64,000 bases of DNA from Eimeria praecox. Its lineage: Eukaryota. This document shows, in pieces, positions 30,001 to 64,000 of this stretch (its first letter is position 1; every line of letters starts with the position of its first letter). The position numbers and the translations under genes were made by a program. The stretch is taken from contig OY986946.1 in NCBI GenBank assembly GCA_963920595.1, forward strand, positions 4,402,001-4,466,000. The letters are read 5' to 3'. Under the pieces are notes generated by a model. That model did no database searches and was not told the origin of the DNA. It worked only from the letters and a program-made list of their open reading frames with translations.

Positions 30001-30889
30001 CTCTTCTTCTGTCTCCTCTCTTCTTCTGTCTCCTTCTTCTGTCTCTTCTTCTGTCTCTTCTCTTCTTCTGTCTCTTCCCTTCTTCTGTCTCCTCTCTTCT
30101 TCTGTCTCCTTCTTCTGTCTCTTCTCTTCTTCTGTCTCCTCTCTTCTTCTGTCTCTTCTCTTCTTCTGTCTCCTCTCTTCTTCTGTCTCCTTCTTCTGTC
30201 TCTTCTTCTGTCTCTTCTCTTCTTCTGTCTCTTCTCTTCTTCTGTCTCTTCTCTTCTTCTGTCTCTTCCCTTCTTCTGTCTCTTCTCTTCTTCTGTCTCT
30301 TCTCTTCTTCTGTCTCTGTCTCTGTCTCTTCTCTTCTTCTGTCTCTTCTCTTCTTCTGTCTCTGTCTCTGTCTCTTCTCTTCTTCTGTCTCTTCTCTTCT
30401 TCTGTCTCTGTCTCTGTCTCTTCTCTTCTTCTGTCTCTTCCCTTCTTCTGTCTCTTCTCTTCTTCTGTCTCTGTCTCTGTCTCTTCTCTTCTTCTGTCTC
30501 TTCTTTTCTTCTGTCTCCTTCTTCTGTCTCCTTCTTTTGTGTCTTCTTCTGTCTTTTCTCTTCTTTCGTCTCTGCTTCTGTCTCTTCTTCTGTCTCCTCT
30601 CTTCTTCTGTCTCCTTCTTCTGTCTCTTCTTCTGTCTCTTCTTCTGTCTCTTCTTCTGTCTCCTCTCTTCTTCTGTCTCCTTAGACTCAGGCTCTTGTCT
30701 TTATTGGTGTAATTTATTTGTCTCCTTCTCTCTCTCCTCTCTTTGTCTCTTCATCTGTCTCCTCTCTCTGTCTCTGTCTCTTTATCTATCTCTCCCTGTC
30801 TCTGTCTCTTTATCTCTCTGTCTCTCTCTCTCTCTCTGTCTCTGTCTCCTTTCTCTGTCTCTCTCAGTCCCTGTCTCTCTCTCCCTCTA

Positions 30890-30922
<33 letters not shown>

Positions 30923-31299
30923 GTCTCTTTATCTGTCTCTCTCTGTTTCTGTCTCTCTATCTGTCTCTGTCTCTGTCTCTGTCTCCTTTTGTGTCTGTCT
31001 CCTTTTGTGTCTGTCTCTTTATCTGTCTCTGTCTCTTCTCCTTTCTTGCGATTTTCTATCTTTCCTTCTCTCTACTCTCTGACTTCATCTCTCCCCTCTT
31101 CAAGTGCTGCTGCTGCTTCTTCTGCTGCTCGTGCTGCTGCTGCTGCTGCTTCTGCTGCTCGTGCTGCTGCTGCTGCTGCTTCTTCTGCTGCTCATGCTGC
31201 TGCTGCTGCTGCTGCTGCTTCTACTGCTGCTGCTTCTGCTGTTTCTTCTTCCTCTGCATTTTCTGTATGTGTTGCTGCTTCTGCATCTTCTCCATCTGT

Positions 31300-31356
<57 letters not shown>

Positions 31357-31585
31357 AGCGTCTGTGTTGGGCCTTATGTGCCCTTCGCGCGTTCGATCCG
31401 GGTGTCTGCGGAGACAGCTGGCGAGTGGATTCGGTGCTTGAAGTGCTGCAGCTGTCTCTAAATAAAATTGATGTACAAACAGCTAGCTCCCTTGTGCTGC
31501 TGCCGGTAAGGCAATTAGGAGACACATTCTGTCTCTTCACCTGTCTCTCTCCCTCTCTCTCTGTCTCTCTCCCTCTCTCTCTGTC

Positions 31586-31616
<31 letters not shown>

Positions 31617-34257
31617 GTCTCTCTGTCTCTCTATTTGTCTCTGTCTGTCTATCTGTCTGTGTCTCTCTCTGTCTCCTTGTCTCTCTCTCTCTATTTTTGT
31701 ATCTCTCTGTCTCCTACTGTCTCCTATCCCCTCCTCTCTCTGTCTGTCTCTGTCTCTGTCTCTTTCTGTCTCTCTCTGTCTCTCTCTCTCTCTCTCTCAA
31801 GCTGCAGTCTCCCTTCTAGGAGAGCTAAGAAGGAGACAGTTAATTAATTAATTAAGGAGACAGTTAATTAATTGAAGAGACAGTTTAATTAATTAATTAA
31901 TTAATTAAGGAGACAGTTTAATTAATTAATTAATTAAGGAGACAGTTTAATTAATTAATTAATTAATTAAGGAGACAGTTAATTAATTAATTAATTAATT
32001 AAGGAGACAGTTAATTAATTAATTAATTAATTAAGGAGACAGTTTAATTAATTAATTAATTAATTAAGGAGACAGTTTAATTAATTAGTTAAGGAGAGAG
32101 GCCCTGAAGAAGAATGCATCCATATATTGGTTTACTCTCTGCTGTCTGTCTCCTTTTATTTATTTATTTATCTATTCTACTCTCTGCTGTATCTCTCCTT
32201 TCATTTATTTATGTATTTATTTATTTATTTATTTGCTGTCTGTCTCCTTTCATTTATTTATTTATTTTACTTTCTGCTGTCTGTCTCCTGTATTATTAAT
32301 TTATTTTTTTCTGTCTGTCTCCTTTCTAATTAATTAATTAAATAATCTGTCTGTCTCCTTTCTAATTAATTAATTAATTAATTAATTAATTAATTAATTA
32401 ATTAATTTGTTTGTCTGTCTCTGTTTGTTTTTATTTCTAGGATGTATTAAATGAGTTAGATATATCAAGACATCTTCTCCCTAACATAGAAATTCCGGTG
32501 TGTCTCCTCTTGGGGTGTATGGCCACCTCCTCCCCCCTTTTCTTCTTTCTGTCTCCTCATTTGTTTGTCTCTCTCTCTCTCTCTCTTTCTCTCTGTCTCT
32601 AGTTTAATCTTCTTGTTAGCTTGTTTGTCTGTCTCCTGTCTTGTTTATCTGTCTCCTGTCTCTCTTTCTCTGTCTCTCTGTCTCTCTGTCTCTCTCTGTC
32701 TCCCTCTCTCTTTGTCTGTATCTCTCTGTCTGTCTCTCTTTGTCTGTCTGTCTCTCTTCTTCTGTCTGTCTCTCTTCTTCTCTCTGTCTCTCCTTTTCTG
32801 TATCTCTCTGTCTGTCTCTCTCCCTTTGTATTTGTGTGTCTGTCTGTTTGTCTCTGTCGTTGCTTGTCTTCTTTTATCTGTCTCTCTTTGTCTATCTATC
32901 TCTATCTGTCTATCTCTCTTTATGTGTCTCTCTTTATCTGTCTATCTCTATCTATCTATCTTTATCTGTCTCTCTTTATCTGTCTCTGTTTATCTGTCTC
33001 TCTCTATCTGTCTCTTTCTGTCTGTCTCTTTCTACCTGTCTCTCTTTGTATCTTTATCTGTCTCTCTCTGTCTCTCTCTGTCTCTTTATATCTGTCTCTC
33101 TTTATCTGTCTCTCTTTATCTGTCTCTGTTTATCTGTCTCTCTTTATCTGTCTCTTTCTGTCTGTCTCTTTCTACCTGTCTCTCTTTGTATCTTTATCTG
33201 TCTCTCTCTGTCTGTCCCTTTCTATCTGTCCCTCTTTGTCTGTCTCTCTCTGTCTGTCTCTCTTTATCTGTCTCTCTTTATCTGTCTCCTTTTATCTGTC
33301 TCTCTTCGTCTGCCCCTGTATTTATTTATTTATTTATTTACTCTTTTATATTATATTTAATTATTTATCTCTCTTTAAGGATTTGCCTCTTCCCTTGAAT
33401 GCTTCTGCTTCTCTCCTTGCTGCTGCTGCTGCTGTTGCTGCTGCTGTTCTTATTGTTGCTGCTGCTGCTGTTCCTCCTGCTGTTCTTATTGCTGCCGTTC
33501 CTGCTGTTGCTGCTGCTGTTGCTGCTGCTGTTGTTGCTGCAGGCTGCGCTGCAAGCAGCAGCAGCAGATGCCTCTCGTGTGCTGGTGCTTCACGACAGGA
33601 GACAGAGTCGTCGGCTGCACTTTACTATAAGAAGAGCGTTAGAGAAGTTAGGGTTTAGTGTACAGACACCCCAGCAGCAGCTGCTGCAGGAGACAGCAGC
33701 AGAAGCCGAAGATACAGCAGCAGACAACGAAGAAAATCAAACAGATACGGAAGAGACACCTAACATACAACCAACTGCAGCAGCAGCAGAAGCAGCAACA
33801 GCAGCAGAACAACCACCAGCAGCAGCAGCAGCAGCAGAGCCAGCAGCAGCAGCAGCAGCAGAAACAACTGCCTCGCAAGTTCAAGCCAGTCCCTCGCAAG
33901 AACAGCAGCAGCAACAGGAGCAGCAGCAGCAACAGCAGCAGCAGCAAGAGCAACCCCACCCTATAAACACAGTGGAGACAGCAGGGGATGCGAACGTGTG
34001 GTATCATAACGAGCAGCTCGGCCCTTACAGCGTCTCCTTCTACTGTCCTGCCAGGAAGGTAACCCTAAACCCTAAACCCTAAACCCTAAACCCTAAACGC
34101 CACGCGTAGAAAGGGGCCTCAAACCCTAATAAACCCATACCCCACACACAGGCAAAACCCTAAACCCTAAACCCTAAACCCTCATCTTCCTCAATTTCTT
34201 TTGGTGTGTGAACTTGCACAGCTTGTCCTCGAGATCGACGACCGTTGTCTTGGCCGT

Positions 34258-34317
<60 letters not shown>

Positions 34318-35248
34318 TAGCAGTGGGAGGAGCAACAAGGGGGAGCTGCTGCACCTGCTAGCATCAAGGGTTTGGGGATCGGCGTTTAGGGTTTAGGGTT
34401 TAGGGTTTAGGGTTTAGGGTTTTGCTTGGGTTTGTGTGTCTTTGTTGCTCAGCCAGCAAATACGTGAAGAAGAGGCATTTAGAGACAACGTTTAAGGATG
34501 AAGGTAGACAGACACAGCTTAAGTGTCTCCTGCAGCTGTTGCTATTGCTGCTGCTGCTGTTGCTGCTGCCGTTGCTGCTGCTGCTGCTGCTGTGTCTCTG
34601 GTTGCTTCTGCATCACCTGGGTCTGTCTGTGTGTCTCTGGTGCTGCTGCACGTGCTGTTGCTGCTGCTGTTGCTGTTGCTGCTGCTGCTGTTGCTGCTGC
34701 TGCTGTTGCTGCTGCTGCTGCAGGGTTGCGAGTGTTGGTTGTAGGGGAGCATCTGTTTCAGCTTTCGCGTGTCACCGGGGAACAGGGAGTTGGTGAGACA
34801 GACAGCGACAATAAACTCTGTCTCCTTTCTATCGCGAGTGTCTCCTCTTAGGTGTCTCCTCTTAGGTGTCTCCTCTTAGGTGTCTCCTCTCGGGTGTCTC
34901 TTCTTAGGTGTCTCCTCTGAGGTGTCTCTTCTTAGGTGTCTCCTCTCGGGTGTCTCCTCTGAGGTGTCTCCTCTCAGGTGTCTCCTCTCAGGTGTCTCCT
35001 CTGAGGTGTCTCCTCTCAGGTGTCTCCTCTGAGGTGTCTCCTCTTAGGTGTCTCCTCTTAGGTGTCTCCTCTGCGGTGTCTCCTCTGCGGTGTCTCGTTC
35101 GAGGTGTCTGTGCAGCCTGTCTCTTAAGTGCCACTTCTGAGCTGTCTGTCTCCGTGTCTGCTGTCTCCCTCTCCTTTACGGTGTCTCCCTCTCTCTGTCT
35201 CTCTCTTTGATGTCTCCTCTCATGTCTCTCTCTCTCTGTCTCTCTCTG

Positions 35249-35315
<67 letters not shown>

Positions 35316-36490
35316 AACTGTCTCCTTTCGGGTGTCTCTATCTCTCTGGGGTGTCTCCTTTCTAGTGTCTGTGTCTCCTCTTAGCTGTCTTTCTTTTGTG
35401 TGTGCTCTCTCGCTTTTCTTCTTCTGTCTCCTTAATTGTTGTTATATGTTTGTGTTTGTCTCTTCTTTCTGTCTCTTTCTCTGTCTCTCTTCTTCTTGCT
35501 ATTTCCATTTGTTTATTTTATATTTCATATTATTCTTTCTGTCTCCGTCTGTATTATATTTTGTATATCTGTTTGTTTGTTGTCTCCTCTGTCTCTTCCT
35601 ATCTCTGTGTCTCCTCGGATCCCCACAGGTTGTCCCCAATTGTCTCTAATAGCCTCTGAAGTGTCTCTCTCGTGTCTCTCTAATAAAATATCTAATAATA
35701 TCTTTCCATATCTAGCAGTGTTTAGTAGTATATTAACTGTCTCTAATAGCCTTCTAAGTGTCTCCAATAGACTAAGTGTCTCTACAGTGTCTCTATCTCT
35801 AATATGCCCCCAGGGTGTCTCTGTTTCTAATGTGTCTCTAAAATATATCTTAATTATAATATATGCCTCTAGAGTAAATAAGATTAATTAATTAATCTTA
35901 ATTAATTGTCTCTAGAGTCTATCTAAGGTGTCTCTAAGTGTCTCTAACTTATCTGTCTCTCTGTGATGTGTCTCTAATTGTCTCTAAGTGTCTATAACTT
36001 ATTATTTGTCTCTAGAGTGTTTCTAAGGTGTCTCCTTTGGTGTCTCTAATTTATTTGTCTCCTTAAGGTGTCTCTAAGTGTCTCCAAGTGTCTCTAAGTG
36101 TCTCTAACTTATCTGTCTCTCTGTAAGGTGTCTCCAAGTCTCTCCAAGTGTCTCTACGTGTCTCTAGCTTATCTGTCTCTCTGTACGGTGTCTCCGAGTG
36201 TCTCTAAGTGTCTCTGAGTGTCTCTAAGTGTCTCTAGCTTATCTGTCTCTCTAAGGTGTCTCTAAGTGTCTCTAGGTGTCTCTTAACTTATCTGTCTCTC
36301 TGTAATGTGTCTCCAACTGTCTCCGAGTGTCTCCTTTCGTGTGTCTAGACATGTTAAGAAGGGCGATAGAAGACCCCGAGAAGGGCGAGGTGTTCTGTCC
36401 CCCTCGCCACACTCAACTTCAAGCATTTCTTAAAACATTAGCGAGACAGAAAACGAATTCCACTTCTTCAAAAACTCCTACATCAGATTA

Positions 36491-36491
<1 letters not shown>
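22480..36491 (+). CDS. RAP-domain protein, predicted mitochondrial; exons 22480-24415, 25476-25647, 26379-26437, 27231-27377, 27790-27875, 31359-31505, 32441-32497, 33543-34058, 34222-34255, 34453-34503, 34724-34792, 36349-36491
   Basis: The Arg-rich, acid-free N-terminus is [13 protein letters not shown]...RRLFA. Helical-repeat-like segments include [16 protein letters not shown] and [11 protein letters not shown]. The spliced C-terminus [53 protein letters not shown] matches the RAP pattern. Exon phases chain consistently, but small extra exons are possible. Confidence 0.78.
24430..25466 (+). repeat. Compound intronic microsatellite (TTTTA/TTTG/TATATT/TCTA/TA)
   Basis: Directly visible; it fills intron 1 of the RAP gene. 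Confidence 0.85.
27884..30682 (+). repeat. 2.8-kb pyrimidine satellite (TCTTCTGTCTC-based) with 704-bp higher-order periodicity
   Basis: The marker CTTTTGTGTC recurs at 28212/28916/29620 and at 28381/29085/29789 (704-bp steps). Confidence 0.9.
34846..35098 (+). repeat. 13-bp tandem repeat GGTGTCTCCTCT(T/C/G)A-type in the last RAP intron
   Basis: Directly visible. Confidence 0.85.
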
Positions 36492-36563
<72 letters not shown>

Positions 36564-36678
36564 CTATTTTATAATATTATATAGTTTGGTCTAGTTCATA
36601 AAGTTGTATAATATGTACTAGTATATAATATTATATTATATTGTGTTTTATTATATAGTTATAGTATATCTGTAAGTT

Positions 36679-36720
<42 letters not shown>

Positions 36721-36928
36721 CTATAATACATATATTTGTTTAATATATGTATTTATATGAGTGTTGTATACGTTATATCCATGCCTGTTTATTATATATA
36801 TATATATATATATATATAATATGCATATCTATTATATAGTGAAGACGAACTACGATATACCCTATATATAATATATATAATATAAATATAAATATAAATG
36901 TAAATATAAATATAAAAATAAATATAAA

Positions 36929-37042
<114 letters not shown>

Positions 37043-37478
37043 GTATGGGTGCCTCTGCCTGTAGGGGATTGTCTCCCCTAAGGTGTAAGGTGTCTCCCTA
37101 GACACCCGAGTGTACATGGAGCTGCTAGCAGCAAAGTAAATTTTGAAGGAGACAGCAGAAGGAGACAGGGGAGTGTCTCTCTCCCATTGTGTGTCTCCTA
37201 CCTTGAACTGTCTCCTTTTTTCTTTTTCTTACACTTATCAAATAAACAAACAAACAAATTATTAAATATGTTTAAATAAATAATTAAATAAATCTCAAAA
37301 AAATAAATTTTGTTGAAGTCGTTCAGAGAAAGAAAGAAAGAAGAGAAGAAACAAGATAGCAAGAGACAGACAAGGAGACAACTGTCTCCTCCCTCTCCCC
37401 CCTCCTTCTGTCTCCTTCAATCCAACCAAGTGTCTCTGTACACTCTAAATACTCTACGCTAGAGGGGTAGCCTTAGCG

Positions 37479-37559
<81 letters not shown>

Positions 37560-37651
37560 ATATAATCAAAATAAATAAATGTAATTCATGTAATATGTAT
37601 GCCATATAAATTGTACCATATATAATAATATTCTATGTATATATATACATA

Positions 37652-37703
<52 letters not shown>

Positions 37704-37803
37704 GTAGTATGTATGAAGCATATACCATACACACTATGTATAAACATATAAATCTAAATCTGATTATATCAATAAATCTAAATAAATAAATACATATAAA
37801 TAG

Positions 37804-37836
<33 letters not shown>

Positions 37837-37840
37837 GTTT

Positions 37841-53261
<15,421 letters not shown>

Positions 53262-53945
53262 TTGAAAGGAGACAGTAGAGAGAGGAGACACCCTCTGTCT
53301 CCTTCTATGTTTATATTTTCTGTTTATTTTTTTTTATTTTATTTTATTTAATTGTATTATATATTATATTATTATTATTGTGTTTTATTATATATATCTT
53401 CTCCTCTGTCTCCTCCTCTTCACGCAGATGCCCCCTCCCTACTTCTGTCTCTTCTTCTTCGTCTGTCTAGATCTTTCTTCTAGGGTTTAGGGTTTAGGGT
53501 TTAGGGTTTAGGGTTTATATTTTAGGGTTTAGGGTTTAGGGTTTAGGGTTTAGGGTTTGGAGAGAGTAAGGAGACCGAAGAAGATAAGAGGAGACAGCTA
53601 CAGATGAAAGGAGACAGAAGGAGACAGATGTAGAGACAGCAGAGTTAGTAGAGAAGGCATATAAAACTTAATAAGATAACAACAAATAAAAAAAACTGAA
53701 ACTGTTTGTTTTTTATTTACTCTTATTGAGGCAGTGGTTAGCTGCATATACACCTGAAAAAGGAGACAGTAGGAGACCGCTGGTTCGGGTGTATGTGCAG
53801 GTGTTTTTCTATATCTTTCTTCTTTTTATTAAGTTAATTAAACTAAGAAAGCATAAATAATATAATTAATCTCCTTTATAACTTAATAAACTCAACATAC
53901 ACCTCAAGAAGGCGCATAGGCCTTCTTCAACAAGCGCTGCCGACG

Positions 53946-53999
<54 letters not shown>

Positions 54000-54168
54000 G
54001 TGAGGGACACGAGCAGAGGAGGAGAAGACGCTATCTTCTTCTTCTTTTCTTATCTTCTGTATTTATTTATTTATGTTTTATATTTTAAAATATAAATAAA
54101 AACTATTTCAAACTTATCTTCGGGTTAATACCTGAGGAGACACTCGAAAGGAGACAGGTCCTTCGCTG

Positions 54169-54239
<71 letters not shown>

Positions 54240-54345
54240 TTCGCTTCTAGATAAGGTTTAAAGAGAAAGGAGACAGTTTTTATTTGTTTGTATGTCTTCG
54301 GCTTCTATAAAGAGAAGAAGCCCTCGTCAGGTGTATAGACAGATC

Positions 54346-54382
<37 letters not shown>

Positions 54383-54690
54383 AGCTGCTGCTGCAGCTCT
54401 CCTTCGCAAACAAAAGGAGACAGCAGCTAATTACGAATATCAATCTCAAATAAAAACAGAAAGAAACAAACATAGTAAACAAAATATATAAAATAAAATA
54501 ATTAAAATTGAGGAGACAGATTAATAATTGAAGAGACAGTTATATAAAATATACACACTTAACAGAAGACACAAGCCTTCTATACCTACGTTCTTCCTGC
54601 TGCTGCTGCTGCAGCAACTGCTGCTGCTGCTGCAGCTGATACTGCCGTTGCTGCAGCATCGGTTGCTGCTGCTGCTGCTGCTGCTGCTCA

Positions 54691-54723
<33 letters not shown>

Positions 54724-54973
54724 AGTTGCAGGAGTGTGTCTGTTTGCGGTGTCTCTCCTTTAAAATTAAATTATTAATAAGTAAATAAGTTTGTCTCCGT
54801 TGTTTTTTGTTTGTCTCCTTTGGGGTGTATAGACAGCTGAGCAGAAACAAAAAATAAAATACATGTTAGAGCGTGTTTAGGGGAGAGGAGACAGCTGATG
54901 CTGCTGTCTCCTTTCTTATTAATATTTTAGTTTGTCTCCTACAGCTAGCCAGCTAGCTAGCTAGCTAGCTAGC

Positions 54974-55052
<79 letters not shown>

Positions 55053-55097
55053 ACAAGTAGATAAATAAATAAATAAATAAATAAATAAACAAGTAGG

Positions 55098-55128
<31 letters not shown>

Positions 55129-55197
55129 ATAGAGATTTAGGCTGTAGCTAGCTGCTCGCTCTTCCTCTTACTGCTGCTGCTTTTTGGTGCTGGTGGT

Positions 55198-55228
<31 letters not shown>

Positions 55229-55301
55229 CTACTTCAGCTGTTATTGGTGCTGTTGCTGCTGCTGCTGCCTTTCGCATCCCCCCCATGCAGCAGCAGAACA
55301 A

Positions 55302-55354
<53 letters not shown>

Positions 55355-56189
55355 GCAGCAACAGCAAGAGTAGGGTTCTGTTTGTCTTCTCGATTGCATC
55401 GATACTCTTGAAGATATAATTGCTGCTGCAACGATCTGCTGCTGCTGCAGCAATCTGCTGCAGCAGCAATCTGCTGCTGCAGCAGCAATCTGCTGCAGCA
55501 CTTCGTTGTAGTCATGCGTGTATGTAGAAGAAGAAGAAAAAAAGAATAAAGAGAGAGAAGAATAAAATATATTTGACTGTCTTCTAAATCCTATTTTATA
55601 TTTTAACGAGGTGTACATACACCTCATAAGTTTATTTTTTGGTTTGTTTGCGTCTTTCTCTTTTCTCTCTTTTCTTTTTATCTCTAAAATATTATAAACG
55701 CCCCCAAAGGGTGATGATCTCACTCTCCCTGTACTCTTACCTTCAGCTAGCTGCAGCTAGCTAGCTGTGGCTAGCTAGCTGTGGCTAGCTAGCTGTGGCT
55801 AGCTAGCTGTGGCTAGCTACCTGTGGCTAGCTAGGAGTCGCTAGTTAGAGGCAGCTAGCTAGAGGGGGCTAGCTAGAAGGCTCTAGCTAGCCGTGGCTAG
55901 CTAGCTGTAGCTAGCTAGCTGTAGCTAGCTAGCTACAGCTAGCTGGCTTGTTCTTCTAACCTCTAACGCGAGGCAGTCTGTGGGGTTTACTCGCTTGTTT
56001 AGAAATGTTTTTAATATAATATTATATTATGTATATATTATATTATATTATTATTATTATTATATTAGTATTTTATATAATAATAATAATAATTATTACT
56101 ATTATTACTATTATTATTATTAAATATTTTTATTTTGCCTCCTCTTGTTTTGTTAAACGCGAAAGGAGAGAAAGTTTGAAGTGTCAGGT

Positions 56190-56489
56190 CTAGGGTTTAG
56201 GGTTTAGGGTTTAGGGTTTAGGGTTTAGGATTTAGGGTTTAGGGTTTAGGGTTTAGGGTTTAGGGTTTGCTCCTTCGATTGCATTCGTTTAAACTGCTTA
56301 TGTAGGGTTTATTCTGTATTAATTATTAATTATTATTTATTATCTTTTGTTTGTTGTTTATTATTTATTATTTATTGTTTATTATTAATTCTTCGTTGCT
56401 TATTGTTTAGCTAGTCCCCGTGTCTTAGGGTTTAGGGTTTAGGGTTTAGGGTTTAGGGTTTAGGGTTTAGGGTTTAGGGTTTAGGGTTT
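56190..56489 (+). repeat. Two (TTTAGGG)n arrays upstream of DPM1
   Basis: Directly visible at 56190-56268 and 56426-56489. Confidence 0.9.
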
Positions 56490-56842
56490 CTTGAGCCCGT
56501 TATGAAGAGTGTGATCGAGGTGTCTGTACCGCTCAAAATATATAAATAAAACAAAAACTAAATTAATTTAATTATTTTATTTTTTATATTTTATTAATTT
56601 ATTTAAAAAAATTAAAAAAAATTTGAAGGGTGGAGGCGGCGGCGGCTGCGGTGTCTGTACAGCTCAAGTGTTATATTTCTGTGTTTTTGTTTGTATTTTT
56701 TTGTTTTTTTCTTGTATATTAATATATTTTTGTGTTTTATACCGTAGAATGTATTTATAATTTCAAAATATTTGTTTAATAACTTCTTTTAAGGTGTGTT
56801 TCCTTAGATTGCTCTGCGGTGTACATACACAGAGCAGCAGCG

Positions 56843-63244
<6,402 letters not shown>

Positions 63245-63265
63245 ACACCTCAAATAAGCAAAGGA

Positions 63266-63349
<84 letters not shown>

Positions 63350-63558
63350 GCTGTACAGACACCTCAAGGAGACACCTCCTCCCCTCATCACTGTCTCCGC
63401 AGTGTTTGCTCTTGAGGTGTATGTACACCACAAAATATGGGGGGGGCCCCCGAGGCCCCTGAGGTGTACGTACACCTCGCTGTCTCTGCTACAGCGATGA
63501 CAGACTTTGGCGAATTGTCTCCTGCAGAGTCTTCTCTTCCTGTCTCCTGTTGCGCGCT

Positions 63559-63595
<37 letters not shown>

Positions 63596-64000
63596 GCTGC
63601 TGCTGCAGCTGCTGCTGCTGCTGCAGAGCTTTGAGATATTTTAATATGGGATGTTAGGTGTATCTTCAGCTAGCCGGAGAGGGTCTTACTGTTCTTGCCG
63701 GCTAGCCACAGCCATTCCCCTAGCTAGCTGCCAGCTAGCTAGCCACTCAGCTAGCTAGCTAGCTAGCTATCCCTGTGAGGGGCGAGGCAGTCATCCGCCT
63801 TGCTGTTCGCAGCCAGCCAGCTAGCCATGCTCTGTCTACTCAGCTAGCCGTGCTCTGTCTACTCAGCTAGCCATGGCCTTGGCTAGCCAGCTAGCCATGG
63901 CCTTGGCTAGCCAGCTAGCCACTGCCTGTTAAGTCGCCTTGCCTGAGAGCCTCTCTGACTTGTCTGCTGTACACGGTGGGACGAGGCGTGCTATAGAAAT

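Noticed and set aside
27828..31082. Three long overlapping ORFs (766-1084 aa) rich in S/L/F/C
   Set aside because: The A-free satellite cannot contain stop codons. Apart from the first 16 codons (RAP exon 5), the region is intronic.
55705..55750. GTGATGA C-box-like motif (possible snoRNA)
   Set aside because: No nearby D box or terminal stem.
63437..64000. Possible terminal exon of a neighbouring gene
   Set aside because: No recognisable motif or reliable splice and stop context within the window.

Overview
Eukaryotic, intron-rich, repeat-saturated DNA typical of a coccidian apicomplexan, most likely Eimeria sp. The markers are pervasive CAG/CTG tracts encoding homopolymeric amino-acid repeats, interstitial TTTAGGG/CCCTAAA telomere-like arrays, TGCATGCA arrays and GAGACA-rich low complexity. 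Most ORFs in the supplied track are repeat artefacts. Manual splicing supports eight protein-coding genes: (1) the 3' part of an inositol polyphosphate kinase (+); (2) a U1A/U2B''-family two-RRM snRNP protein (-, 7 exons); (3) a TLC-domain membrane protein (+, 2 exons); (4) protoporphyrinogen oxidase (-, intronless, 104-Q tail); (5) a D-2-hydroxyacid dehydrogenase (+, 5 exons); (6) a mitochondrial RAP-domain protein (+, about 12 exons); (7) a large signal-peptide protein with an APP1-like HAD phosphatase domain (-, model partial); (8) DPM1 (+, 11 exons). The most interesting items are the putative secreted HAD phosphatase, a 2.8-kb 704-bp higher-order satellite bracketed by a 21-bp exon duplication that creates a candidate microexon, a dispersed GGTGTA..TACACC palindrome, telomeric arrays abutting splice sites, and a 112-bp foldback element. 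No rRNA, tRNA, CRISPR array or transposase was seen. No clearly new multi-gene system can be established from sequence alone.
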